Below are positions 38,391 through 48,304 of a stretch of 54,237 nt of DNA, piece by piece. Each line of letters begins with the position of its first letter. Positions within the stretch are counted from its first letter, which is position 1. Made by a program: the position numbers and the translations under genes. The notes beneath the pieces are model-generated. The model worked only from the letters and a program-made list of their open reading frames with translations, made no database searches and was not told the DNA's origin. Origin of the DNA: an uncultured Clostridia bacterium (lineage in GTDB: Bacteria; Bacillota; Clostridia; Christensenellales; Borkfalkiaceae); NCBI GenBank assembly GCA_944376145.1, contig CALWBR010000027.1:1-54237 (forward strand), in the 5' to 3' direction.

Positions 38391-40097
38391 TCAGTCCTTC
38401 TTTTCCTCGCCGCTCTGCAGCGTCTTTTTCAGCTTCAGAAGGGCGACCTTTGTTTCGGCGGTCGTCTCCCCGAGCAGAGAGGCGATCTCCTGCGCGACGC
38501 GCATCTGCTTTTTGATGACCTCGTCGGTCGTGGCGAGCGTTTCGGAACGCACCTTATCCAGCCGCGCTTCCGACTCCGTCTCCTGCGTGACGTCCTTCAT
38601 GACGGCGTAGGTGCCCTTGTTGTCTTTGAGCACGATGATCGTCATTTCGATGTGCCGCGCCGTCTTTTCGACGAAGATCTTTTTGTTGTAAATGTTCTTT
38701 TTATCCGCCTGCGCCAGCACGAAATCGGTGGGGTTGAAGTACTCGAAGATCCCCTTGCCTTTGACGTTTGCCTCCGCGATGCCGAAGATCTCCTTCGCTT
38801 TGGCGTTGATCTCCAAAATGTTGAGGTCGTTATCCAAAAGCACGATGCCGTTGGGGCTGGTGCGGATGATCTCGTACGACATGCTCTCGGCGCGCTCGCG
38901 CATGTACGGGACGCACATTTCGATGCTTGCGTACCCGTTGGCGACCGCCCACGCCTTTTCGATGCAGGTATCGTACCCGCAGGCGCCGCAGTTGAGCATG
39001 TCCTCCTTGGTGAACTTGCCCGTTTTGGCAAGGATCTCGGCGATCTGCCGCTCGGTCGGCTCGAAGTCCTCCGTGCGCTTGCGTTCGTGCACGCAGGTGA
39101 AGTCGATCCCGCGGACGGGTTCGTACGCGGAGGAGGCGTGTTTTTGGAGATCCGTATTCACATAGCGGCGGATATCCGCGTTCGCGCGCAAAGCGCCCGC
39201 TTTGAGCGTGAGCGAGCACGGCCCGTTCACACAGGCGGAATCGCAGCTGTTCATCTCGATGAACATGCCCGAAAGGCTTTCGATGTTCTCCAGCACTTCC
39301 TTGCACTTTTCCGCCCCGTCCACGGCGACGAACTCGTAGCCGTCTATGTACTGTTCGAACGATTTGATGACGCCGCGGCTGATGGGGTAGTACTTGGCGC
39401 GGTTGACGCCGCCCTCTTCCTCCGGCTGCGGTGCAAAAGACGCGAGGTCGGTGCCGTGTTCTTCGAACATGGCGGCAAGATCCTCAAAGGTGAGCACGCC
39501 GTCTACCTGCCCGCTTTCGGCGCCCTCGCGCTTTTTGGCGATGCAGGGTCCGATGAACACGACCTTCGCCCCCGCATGGCGGGCGCGGAGCATCTTCGCA
39601 TGCGCGACCATGGGAGAATCGACGGGCGCGCGCTAGGGCAGCGCCTGCGGGTAATACAGCTCGATCATGCGGTTGACGGCGGGGCAGCAGGAGGTGATGA
39701 AGTTTTTGAACTTGCCGCCTTCCAAAAGTTTTTTATACTGCGCCGTCACTTCGCGCGCACCCACGGACGTCTCTTCCGCGTCGGCAAAGCCCAGGCTCAT
39801 GAGCGCGGCGCGCATGACCGAAAAATCCTGCAGGTTGAAACTGGAGACGAACGACGGCGCAACGGACGCGATGACGTTGCCGCCCGCCAACAGTTTTTCC
39901 ACTTCGGCGCGCTCGCTGTGCACGCTTTTGGCGTTCTGCGGGCAGACCTTGGTGCAGTGCCCGCAGAGGATGCAGCGGTCGTCGATGATCTTGGCGTGAC
40001 GGTCGACGACCTTGATCGCCTTGACGGGGCACTCGCGCAGGCATTTGTAGCAGTCCTTGCAGCGCGCGTCTTTGAAATCCAAATAATTGACAGGCAT
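38391..40097 (-). pseudogene. PAS-containing sensory [FeFe]-hydrogenase (HydS/HfsB-like), interrupted by an in-frame TAG at 39633-39635
   Basis: CKDCYKCLRECP, TSCCP, GPCIAKK.E, NCGACGY, PAS; both ORF halves are in one frame: YYPQALP*RAPVDSPM. Confidence 0.85.
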
Positions 40098-40106
40098 ACG
40101 GACCCC

Positions 40107-40352
40107 CTATTTTAACAGGGGCAGGACCTGCGTAAGAAAGAGCTCTTCGCAGTTTTCCTTGTTGGCGTTGTGAAGGAGCGCTTCGTCCGCGCGGACGCTC
40201 ACGCCGTTTTGGCAGTTGCCCATGCAAAAGCTCGCCTGCAGGTCCACCTTGTCCTCCACCCCGTACTGTTTGACGAGGCGCTTCAGCTCCTCGATCACGT
40301 CATACGACCCGCGAAGATGACACGAGCTGCCTACACACACTTTGACGACCAT
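40107..40352 (-). CDS. NuoE-like [2Fe-2S] thioredoxin-fold protein (HfsA-like)
   Basis: VCVGSSCHLRG, FCMGNC. Confidence 0.88.
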   Translation of the reverse strand: MVVKVCVGSSCHLRGSYDVIEELKRLVKQYGVEDKVDLQASFCMGNCQNGVSVRADEALLHNANKENCEELFLTQVLPLLK

Positions 40353-40417
40353 AACAATAACCTCGCGATAGAATTATCCGCGCGCAGAACGAAGGCATCC
40401 CGCCGCCTGCGCCGTAA

Positions 40418-40471
40418 ATCGATAAAAATTTATCGATACAGAGTATACTACAAAACCGCGCCGCACGTCAA
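40418..40471 (-). promoter_or_regulatory. Hydrogenase operon promoter and palindromic operator
   Basis: TTGACG-N18-TATACT followed by ATCGATAAA-N2-TTTATCGAT. Confidence 0.6.
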
Positions 40472-40616
40472 CGGTTTTGCCCCGCTTTCTTTTCAGTATA
40501 TCATATTTTTATCCTACTTTCAAGTGTGCGGTAAAATTTTTCCGCGCGGAATTTTCCTGCCGCAAGGCGCAGCCGTAAAAATTTCCGCCCCGCGGAAGTT
40601 CCCGCGGGGCGGCTTT

Positions 40617-43286
40617 TCATTCGGATGCCCTGTGCCGCTTCGCCAAGCGCCCGCACAGTTTGACGAGCTCTTCCACCGCCAGCACCGACAGCGCCATCGC
40701 GACGATCTTCAGCCAGTCGAGCGCGCCGAGGGCGACGGTATCAAACAATTCACCGCCGACCTGCGTGATGACCACTTGCAGCGCAAACGCCGCCGCAAAG
40801 GCGATGAACATCAGCTTGTTTTTGAACAGATGCGGGAACGCGCTCTCGTTGCCGAGCTCGCGGCAGTTGAAGGCGTTGAAGAGCTGGAACACGACGAACA
40901 GCGTAAACACGGAAGTGTGCACCGCTTCTTCGCCCCCTTCCACGCCCAAAAAGTTCCAAAGATACTGCGCCAGGCAGACCGCGCACATGAACACGCCCGA
41001 GACCGCGATGCGCACGAGCATGCGCTTGGACACGATGCTCTCGCTCCTTGCGGTGGGCTTGTGCTGCATCAGGTCGCTGCGGATGGGCTCCAACCCCAGC
41101 GTGAGCGCGGGCGGTCCGTCCATGATGATGTTGATCCACAAAAGATCGAGCGCGGAGAAGGGAGGTTCGACCCCCTCGACGAACAGCCCGATCACCGTGC
41201 ACAGGAGCACGAGCAGTACGGACGCGACGTTGACGGTGAGCTGAAACTGGATAAAGCGTTTGAAATTTTCATAAATGCCCCTGCCCCATTTGACGGAGGT
41301 GACGATCGTGGAAAACGAATCGTTCAAAAGCACGATCTCCGCCGCTTCTTTGGAGACTTCGGTGCCCGAAATGCCCATGGCGATGCCGACGTCTGCATTT
41401 TTGAGAGCGGGCGCGTCGTTGATCCCGTCGCCGGTGACGGCGACGACGTTGCCGGACGCCTTCAGCTCCTTGACGACGCGCATCTTCAAAAGCGGCGTGG
41501 AACGGGCGATGACGCGGATGCGCGGCAGCAGGGCGGAGAACTCTTCATCGGAGAGCGCCTCCAAATAGGACGCCTCCACGGCGATGTGCTCGCCGTCCAA
41601 AATGCCCAACTCTTCGGCGATGGCGGTGGCGGTGACGATGTTGTCGCCGGTGAGCATTTTGACCTCGATGCCGGCGGTGCGGCATTGCTGCACTGCCCCG
41701 TACACTTCGGCGCGCAGAGGATCCGCGATGCCGACGAAGCCGTCGAACCGCAGCGCCGCTTCCGCCTCTTCGCGGCTTGCGGGCAGCGCGTCGACGCGCT
41801 TATGCGCAAAGGCGAGCACGCGGCGGGCGCGCTGCTGCAGCGTTTTGATCTCCCCTTCCGCGGCGGCGCGTTCCGCCGCGGAAGGGGCGCACAGCGACAA
41901 GATCTTTTCCGGGCTGCCTTTGGAATAGACGATGTACCCTTCCCCGTCGCGCACGACGGTCGTCATGTTCTTTGTATCCGAAGAGAAGGGGTACAGCTCC
42001 GCAACGGCGGCGGCGGCGCGCACTTCTTTATAGGATCGCCCGCTCTTGCCCGCGGCGACGAGCAGCGCGCCCTCCGTCGGGTTCCCGACGAAGCGCACGG
42101 CGCCCTCTTCTTCATACAGGTCCGCCGTGCTGTTGACGCAAAAATTCTGCAGCAGCTCTTCCGCGTCGATCGCGGCAACGTCCTTTGCGGCGCCGCGGCT
42201 CCAAACGTCGGTAACGGTCATGCGGTTTTCGGTCAACGTGCCCGTCTTATCCGAGCAAATGACGTTGACGCAGCCGATCGTTTCACAGGCGACCATCTTT
42301 TTGACAAGCGCGTTTTTGCGCGCCATCCTGGCGATGTTGATGGAGAGGGAGATCGCCATGATCGTGGGCAGCCCTTCGGGCACGGCGGCGACCATGAGCA
42401 CGATGCTGCCGATGAACGCTTCGGAGATGGTTTCAAAACTCGCGCCGCCGCCGACGATCGCAAAGACGAGGCGGATCGCGAAAATGAGGGCGGCGCAGAC
42501 CGCGCCGATGACGGTGATGACCTTGCCAAGCCGCCCCATCTTTTCCTGCAGCGGGGTGCGCCCCTCCTGCTCGGTCTGGATCTCGCGGGCGATCAGCCCG
42601 AACTGCGTTCCGTCCCCCACGTCGGTAACGACCATTTTGCCCGTTCCGCCCGTGACGAAGCAACCCGAATACACCATGTTCACGCGCTCGGCGACGGGCG
42701 TTTCCGCGGCGGAAAGCAGCGCGCCCGCATCCTTTGCGACGGGCATGGACTCGCCCGTCAGGGAAGATTCGTCGCACTGCAAAGAGAGGCTCTCGAGCAG
42801 CCTGCCGTCGGCGGCGACCTTGTTGCCCGTCTCCAGATAGACGATATCCCCGACGACGAGCTCGTTTTGCGGCACATACTGCACCACGCCGCCGCGCACG
42901 ACCTTGATCTCGACCCCTTCTTTGATCTTGTTCAGTTCCTCGAACGCCTTGGCGCTCCTGCCCTCCATGACGACGGTGAGCACAACGGAGAGTACGATGG
43001 CGACGAAGATGCCGGCGCACTCGTAAAAATCAAAGGGCTCGCCCTGCGTGACGTTGACGACGTTCACCGCGATGGTGATGAGCCACGCAAAGAGCAGCAA
43101 CAGGAGCATCGGTTCGGTCGCCGCCTCCCAAATGCGGCGCAAAAGCGACTTCTTTTTCGCCTGCGTGAAGGCGTTTTTGCCGTAGCGGGCGCGGCTTTTT
43201 TCCACTTGTTCGGGGGTGAGCCCGTTTGCCGCGTCGCTGCCGAACTCGCGGAGCGTCTCCTCCGCCGTCTTCCTGTAATTGTCCAT
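40617..43286 (-). CDS. P-type (IIA/IIB-like) cation ATPase
   Basis: TGES, VPEGL, DKTGTLT, TGDN, GDGINDAP. Confidence 0.96.
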   Translation of the reverse strand: MDNYRKTAEETLREFGSDAANGLTPEQVEKSRARYGKNAFTQAKKKSLLRRIWEAATEPMLLLLLFAWLITIAVNVVNVTQGEPFDFYECAGIFVAIVLSVVLTVVMEGRSAKAFEELNKIKEGVEIKVVRGGVVQYVPQNELVVGDIVYLETGNKVAADGRLLESLSLQCDESSLTGESMPVAKDAGALLSAAETPVAERVNMVYSGCFVTGGTGKMVVTDVGDGTQFGLIAREIQTEQEGRTPLQEKMGRLGKVITVIGAVCAALIFAIRLVFAIVGGGASFETISEAFIGSIVLMVAAVPEGLPTIMAISLSINIARMARKNALVKKMVACETIGCVNVICSDKTGTLTENRMTVTDVWSRGAAKDVAAIDAEELLQNFCVNSTADLYEEEGAVRFVGNPTEGALLVAAGKSGRSYKEVRAAAAVAELYPFSSDTKNMTTVVRDGEGYIVYSKGSPEKILSLCAPSAAERAAAEGEIKTLQQRARRVLAFAHKRVDALPASREEAEAALRFDGFVGIADPLRAEVYGAVQQCRTAGIEVKMLTGDNIVTATAIAEELGILDGEHIAVEASYLEALSDEEFSALLPRIRVIARSTPLLKMRVVKELKASGNVVAVTGDGINDAPALKNADVGIAMGISGTEVSKEAAEIVLLNDSFSTIVTSVKWGRGIYENFKRFIQFQLTVNVASVLLVLLCTVIGLFVEGVEPPFSALDLLWINIIMDGPPALTLGLEPIRSDLMQHKPTARSESIVSKRMLVRIAVSGVFMCAVCLAQYLWNFLGVEGGEEAVHTSVFTLFVVFQLFNAFNCRELGNESAFPHLFKNKLMFIAFAAAFALQVVITQVGGELFDTVALGALDWLKIVAMALSVLAVEELVKLCGRLAKRHRASE

Positions 43287-43308
43287 AGCGTCCCTCCTTC
43301 GGCGGCGC

Positions 43309-43341
43309 AAAAACCGCCCCGCGCTTTTTTGCGCGGGGCGG
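43309..43341 (-). terminator. Leader terminator downstream of the riboswitch
   Basis: CCGCCCCGCGC..GCGCGGGGCGG-TTTTT on the minus strand. Confidence 0.75.
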
Positions 43342-43394
43342 AAAACTTTCCTTGAAGGCAAGACCCGACAGCGCGCGCAAAAGCGCCTCTGCCC

Positions 43395-43488
43395 GAATCT
43401 CATCATTTCAGGCAAGCCTATCCCGAACGGGACGTGATTGTAGACTTGCCGCGCAAAGGCTTGCCCTTGCGCCGACTACTCCTTCCAA
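43395..43488 (-). ncRNA. yybP-ykoY (Mn-sensing) riboswitch
   Basis: GGAGTAG..AAGTCTACA..GGCTT..GATGAGA pattern upstream of a P-type ATPase; TTGACA..TATAAT promoter at 43516-43545. Confidence 0.72.
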
Positions 43489-43560
43489 GCGAATGGCTTA
43501 TTCATTTCTGTTTTCATTATAGAGCAAGCGGCGGAAAAATGTCAACTGTTTTACGTCTGT

Positions 43561-44067
43561 TTAATCGGGATCCATAAAAAATCCCTTTTCGCGCAGCCCC
43601 TGCTCGATCGCGTCGAGCGCGGCTTCGCTTTCCGCCGATACGGTGTGGTAATGATACCCGCCCGTCACGTTTTTAAGCGGACGGGAAACGCCTGCGGCAA
43701 TGCTCGCCAAAAACGCCTCCGCCTGCGCGCGCGAACGCACGCCCATGGGCGCGGCGATCCTGCCGTACGCCTTGTGCCAGACGAACACATCCTCCACACA
43801 GCCGCCCGCATCCACGATAAGAAACAGTTCGTCACGGATCTGCTCATCCGTATGCCGCACTTTGAACACGCGCGAAACGCGCCCGCGCCCCGCCGTCACG
43901 TACCCGCGGTTGGTAGAGAGGATGCGCGCCCCCTCCGCGCGCAAAAGGGCGATATCCTGCACGATGACCTGCCGGCTCACGCCCAGTTCGCGCGCAAGCT
44001 TCGTTGCCGAAACGGGTTCGGCGCCGATGCGACCGCGCAGGATTTTACGCCGTTCTTCCCCGCGCAT
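43561..44067 (-). CDS. niaR: Niacin-responsive repressor NiaR/NadR (HTH + 3H domain)
   Basis: VSRQVIVQDIALLR, H..YG, HYH. Confidence 0.92.
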   Translation of the reverse strand: MRGEERRKILRGRIGAEPVSATKLARELGVSRQVIVQDIALLRAEGARILSTNRGYVTAGRGRVSRVFKVRHTDEQIRDELFLIVDAGGCVEDVFVWHKAYGRIAAPMGVRSRAQAEAFLASIAAGVSRPLKNVTGGYHYHTVSAESEAALDAIEQGLREKGFFMDPD

Positions 44068-44071
44068 CCCT

Positions 44072-44941
44072 TCAACCCTTCCCTTCGCCGACGGGACGCA
44101 GATGCTTGAGCGACACATCCAAAATGCCTGCCGAATGGGTGAGCGCGCCGCTGGAAACGATATCCGCCCCGACCGCACGCAGCTTTTCCACGTTCTCCTC
44201 CGTGACGTTGCCGGAGATCTCGACGAGCGCCCTGCCCGCGATCAGCCGCACCGCCGCCTGCATGTCGGCGACGCTCATATTGTCCAGCATGATGATATCG
44301 GCGCCGGCTTCCACGGCTTCCGCTACCTGCGCGAGCGTTTCCGTTTCCACTTCGACCTTCATGGTAAAGGGCGCGTGCTTTTTTGCCGCCTCGACCGCCT
44401 GCCGCACGCCGCCCGCCGCGCCAATGTGGTTGTCTTTGAGCAGGACCGCATCTGAAAGGTTGTAGCGGTGGTTCCCGCCGCCGCCCATGCGCACGGCATA
44501 CTTTTCAAACAGGCGCATGTTCGGCGTCGTTTTGCGCGTATCCACAAGGCGCAGCCCGCTGCCCTCGAGCAGCGCGCACATGCGCGCCGTTTCGGTGGCG
44601 ATGCCGCTCATGCGCTGTAAAAAGTTGAGCGCGGTGCGTTCCGCCGTCAGGATGACGCGCATGTCCCCCGTCACCGTCGCCAAAAGCTGCCCGCTCTCCA
44701 CACGGTCGCCGTCCGAAACAAAACATTTCACTTCCGTTGCCGCATCCAACAGCGCAAACGTGCGCGCGAATACGGGCAGCCCCGCCACGACGCCCGCCTG
44801 TTTGGCGATCAAGTCCGCCGTGCCCTTTGCATACGCGGGCAATACGGAGGCGGTGGAGACATCCTCGTTGGTCACATCCTCGGCAAGCGCCATACGGATC
44901 AGCTCATCCGCGCGGATCCGCATCGAAATTTCATCAATCAC
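44072..44941 (-). CDS. nadC: Quinolinate phosphoribosyltransferase
   Basis: ERTALN, DTRKTTP, HRYNL, KDNH, MLDN. Confidence 0.96.
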   Translation of the reverse strand: MIDEISMRIRADELIRMALAEDVTNEDVSTASVLPAYAKGTADLIAKQAGVVAGLPVFARTFALLDAATEVKCFVSDGDRVESGQLLATVTGDMRVILTAERTALNFLQRMSGIATETARMCALLEGSGLRLVDTRKTTPNMRLFEKYAVRMGGGGNHRYNLSDAVLLKDNHIGAAGGVRQAVEAAKKHAPFTMKVEVETETLAQVAEAVEAGADIIMLDNMSVADMQAAVRLIAGRALVEISGNVTEENVEKLRAVGADIVSSGALTHSAGILDVSLKHLRPVGEGKG

Positions 44942-46226
44942 AGCATTCCTCCCTTTCCGCTTCCTCGCGGACGATCCTTGCATACATTTGTTTACGGGCG
45001 GCATGATCTGTATACGCGCCCTTGTCCGATACGGGAAAATCCTCCAGCCGCAGCCCGCGGTGCGCCGCCATGTGCACCGCCGCGCGCTTTGCCCAGATGA
45101 GGCTCTCCAACAGCGAATTGCTTGCCAGGCGGTTGCGCCCGTGCACGCCGTTGCACGCCGTTTCTCCCGCGGCGTACAGCCGCTTCATGCTCGTTTTTCC
45201 GTCAAGATCGACCTTTATCCCGCCCATAAAATAGTGCTGCGCGGGCACGACGGGAACGGGCGTTTGCAAGACGTCGAACCCCTTTTCGCGGCAATGCGCG
45301 CAGATGGCGGGAAAGTGCTCTTCCAGCGTCTTTTTCCCGACGGGGCGCATATCCAGCCACACGTGCTCCGTGCCGTCCTTTTGCATCTGTTGGCGGATCT
45401 CGCCCGTCACCACATCCCGCGGCATCAGCTCGTTGCAAAAACGGCGCCCGTTTTTATCCAAAAGCACCGCGCCTTCGCCGCGCACCGATTCGGAGATGAG
45501 GAAGCGCCGCCCCGGCTCTTCCGTATAAAACGTGGTCGGATGGATCTGCACATAGTTCAGATGCTCCACGGCGACGCCGTGCAGCAGCGCGATCGCCAGC
45601 GCGTCCCCCGTCAGGTGGCGGAAGTTGGTCGAATTTTCATACAGCCCGCCCACGCCGCCCGTGGCGAGCAGCGTAAAATCAGCGTACACATCCGCCGTTT
45701 CGCCCGTGGCGCAGCTGCGCACCACACCGCCGCAGCATTCGTTCCCTTCGCAAAGGATATCGACAAGCTCGGCTCCCTCGCGGATCTCCACATTGGGGAG
45801 AGCGCGCACGGCGGCAAGCAGGTGTTTTGTGATCTCCTTGCCCGTCTCGTCGCCGTGAAAAAGAATGCGCGGCCGCCTGTGCCCGCCTTCGCGGGTAAAG
45901 CGGAAGCCCCCCGCTTCGTCCCGCGCGAACTCGACGCCGCGGCGCACAAGCTCCTCGATCATGGCGGGCGAGCTTTCGATCATCAGCCGTACGGCGGCTG
46001 GGTCGTTTTCGTAGTGCCCGGCACGGATAGTGTCTTCAAAATATCCGAAAAAATCATCCTTGCCGCGCAGCATACAGATGCCGCCCTGCGCCAGAAAGGA
46101 GTCGCTCTCGTCCGCCTTTGCCTTGGTCAGAAGGAGCGCGCGCATGTCCGCGGGCAGGTTGAGCGCGCAGCACAAGCCCGCCACGCCCGTGCCCGCGATG
46201 AGCACGTTGTAGTCCGCTTTTTTCAT
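44934..46226 (-). CDS. nadB: L-aspartate oxidase
   Basis: AQGGI, REGGH, QIHPT, SESVRGEG, HYFMGG, NRLASNSL. Confidence 0.96.
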   Translation of the reverse strand: MKKADYNVLIAGTGVAGLCCALNLPADMRALLLTKAKADESDSFLAQGGICMLRGKDDFFGYFEDTIRAGHYENDPAAVRLMIESSPAMIEELVRRGVEFARDEAGGFRFTREGGHRRPRILFHGDETGKEITKHLLAAVRALPNVEIREGAELVDILCEGNECCGGVVRSCATGETADVYADFTLLATGGVGGLYENSTNFRHLTGDALAIALLHGVAVEHLNYVQIHPTTFYTEEPGRRFLISESVRGEGAVLLDKNGRRFCNELMPRDVVTGEIRQQMQKDGTEHVWLDMRPVGKKTLEEHFPAICAHCREKGFDVLQTPVPVVPAQHYFMGGIKVDLDGKTSMKRLYAAGETACNGVHGRNRLASNSLLESLIWAKRAAVHMAAHRGLRLEDFPVSDKGAYTDHAARKQMYARIVREEAEREECCD

Positions 46227-46239
46227 ATCCCCTCCCCGA

Positions 46240-47136
46240 TCAGCCGCCGAGCGCCAGCATGCGCTCGAGCGGGCGGCGGGCACGTTCGGCGACCGCCGCA
46301 GGCAGCAACACTTCGCCGCTGCCCTCCTTCAAACAAGCGAGAACGCGCGCGGGCGTGATCTGCTTCATGTCCGCGCAGACGGACGTTACGGGGTAAAACG
46401 TCTTCCCCGGGCAGCGCCGCCGCAGTTCATATAAAACGCCCGGTTCGGTACAGACGAGGAACGCCTGCATCGAACTGCTCTGCGCCGCCTCGATGATCTG
46501 CGCCGTGCTCCCCACGTAATCCGCGAGCGCGCGCACCTCAGCAACGCATTCGGGGTGCATGAGCACCGCGGCTTCGGGATGCGCGCGGCGCGCCGCCTGT
46601 ACATCCGCAACGCGGAGCGCGGCGTGCACGGGGCAATATCCGCCCGAAAAATAAAAGTTTTTACCGGGCACCTGCGCCTGCACGAAGGAACCGAGATTTT
46701 CATCGGGAATGAACAAAATGTTTCGGTTCGGCAGCGAAGAGACGATCTTCACCGCATTGGAAGAAGTGACGCACACATCGCTCAGCGCTTTGAGCGATGC
46801 GCCCGAATTGACATAACACACGACGGCAAGGTCGCGCACCCGCGCGCGCAGCTCCGCGATCTGCGCGGCGTCCGCCATGTGCGCCATGGGGCAATCCGCC
46901 TCCGCCGCCGGCAGCAGAACGCGGCTTGCGGGGTTCAGGATCTTGGCGCTTTCTCCCATAAAACGCACCCCGCAGAACACGACCGTGCGCTTTTGCGCCT
47001 TTGCGGCGATCTTGGCAAGGTAATAACTGTCCCCAACATAGTCCGCAAGCGCCTGCACTTCGTCCGAAACATAGTAGTGCGCCAAAATGAGCGCGTCTTC
47101 GCTCTCTTTGTATCTGTTTATCTCTTCCGTGACCAT
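46240..47136 (-). CDS. nadA: Quinolinate synthase
   Basis: AHYY, FCGVRFM, CPMA, YVNS, HPEC. Confidence 0.96.
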   Translation of the reverse strand: MVTEEINRYKESEDALILAHYYVSDEVQALADYVGDSYYLAKIAAKAQKRTVVFCGVRFMGESAKILNPASRVLLPAAEADCPMAHMADAAQIAELRARVRDLAVVCYVNSGASLKALSDVCVTSSNAVKIVSSLPNRNILFIPDENLGSFVQAQVPGKNFYFSGGYCPVHAALRVADVQAARRAHPEAAVLMHPECVAEVRALADYVGSTAQIIEAAQSSSMQAFLVCTEPGVLYELRRRCPGKTFYPVTSVCADMKQITPARVLACLKEGSGEVLLPAAVAERARRPLERMLALGG

Positions 47137-47184
47137 ACCGATACCGCCCCGTACAGAGGGCTCCCTTCCGTAAAAAGTACCATA

Positions 47185-47220
47185 ACTATACACAAAAAAT
47201 TGACAGGTGTCAAGACAATG
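47185..47220 (-). promoter_or_regulatory. nadA promoter with NiaR box over the -35
   Basis: TGTCTTGACACCTGT NiaR-type palindrome; TTGACA-N17-TATAGT. Confidence 0.85.
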
Positions 47221-47292
47221 ACCCGCCTTCCCGTCAAAAAATATCGCCCGCGCGGTTTTTATGTAAGAGAGGAATTTGTTCCGTCCTTATTC

Positions 47293-47400
47293 GCCTTCCC
47301 CGCGAGGGGGAAGGATTGGTTGGCTACGCAGCGAGCGCCCCTCATCCGTTTTTTGTGCCGCAAGGGCACAAAAAACACCTTCCCCGCGAGGGGGAAGGCT
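47293..47400. repeat. REP-like CCTTCCCC/GGGGAAGG units
   Basis: Shares AAGG.TTGGTTGGCTAC.CAGCGAGCGCCCCTCATCCG with 36981-37018. Confidence 0.85.
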
Positions 47401-47573
47401 TGTATGGATATAATTTTCTGCAAAAGCAAAAACCACGCTTTTTGCTTTTGCCCCTTGCACCGCGCGGGCGGTGTGGCGGAAGTGGGTGAAGCCGCGGCAT
47501 TTTGATAACGGTGTGCCCCAAAGCATGCCGCGGCGAGGGAGAAAACGCCGCCGAGCAGCTGTGCCGCGAACGG

Positions 47574-47632
47574 CGGTTGCTCCCTCAAACTCACGGAAAA
47601 ATTTTTCATCAGCTTGAAAAATTTTTCGTGAA
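47574..47632. repeat. Dispersed palindromic element, copy 2
   Basis: CGGTTGCTCCCTCAAACTCACGGAAAAATTTTTCA..TGAAAAATTTTTCGTGAA. Confidence 0.7.
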
Positions 47633-47656
47633 CAAATTCGCCTTCTTACGCCCTTT

Positions 47657-48304
47657 TTACTTGTTCAACGCGTCCTTCATCCGCGCGATCGCATCTCCGC
47701 GGTTATCGCAGCCGAGCTTGACATAGATCGCAGAGATATAGTTGCGCGCCGTACCGTCGGACAGCCCCAGCGCCGAGGCGATCTGGCGGTTGTTGAACCC
47801 GTCAAAGAGCATGACGGCGATCTCCGTTTCCCGATCGGACAGCCCGAACACCTTGCGAAGACGGATCTCCCTGTCCGAAGTGACCATACGCGCGGCGTCG
47901 GTTATTTTGCGGGCGATCTTTGCCGGCAGGATCGTATCGCCGGCGTACGCGTTTTTGACGGCGTCCAGCAGCGCGGGCGCGCTGATATCCTTTAAAAGGT
48001 ACCCGCACGCGCCGTTGTTGAGCGCGCTCAGGATATAATCGCTGTCGTCAAACGTCGTAAGAATGAGCACCTTGACGCGCGGATACCGTTTTTTGATCTC
48101 CCCGGTGGTGACCACGCCGTTCATGACGGGCATGCGGATATCGAGCAGCACCACGTCCGGCTCTTCCTTTTCCATCAATGCGAGCGCTTCCTGCCCGTCT
48201 CCCGCCACGGCAATGACGTCGATCTCGTCGGAAGAGGCGAGCACGCTGCGGATCCCTTCGGCAAGGATCGCCTGATCATCCACGATCATGACTTTGATCT
48301 TCAT
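47657..48304 (-). CDS. NarL/LuxR-family response regulator
   Basis: VDD, LLDIRMP, LTTFDD, YLLKD, LuxR HTH. Confidence 0.95.
   Translation of the reverse strand: MKIKVMIVDDQAILAEGIRSVLASSDEIDVIAVAGDGQEALALMEKEEPDVVLLDIRMPVMNGVVTTGEIKKRYPRVKVLILTTFDDSDYILSALNNGACGYLLKDISAPALLDAVKNAYAGDTILPAKIARKITDAARMVTSDREIRLRKVFGLSDRETEIAVMLFDGFNNRQIASALGLSDGTARNYISAIYVKLGCDNRGDAIARMKDALNK

Noticed and set aside
39633-39635. Pyrrolysine or stop-codon recoding
   Set aside because: No pyl genes in the window, TAG terminates other genes here (e.g. ftsY, the adhesin), and the adjacent substitution suggests error or mutation
40170-43355. 1061-aa plus-strand ORF, and similar long ORFs at 16946, 22047, 25244, 27544, 38298, 44487 and 51309
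   Set aside because: Each lies antisense to a clearly identified gene and has no recognisable motif
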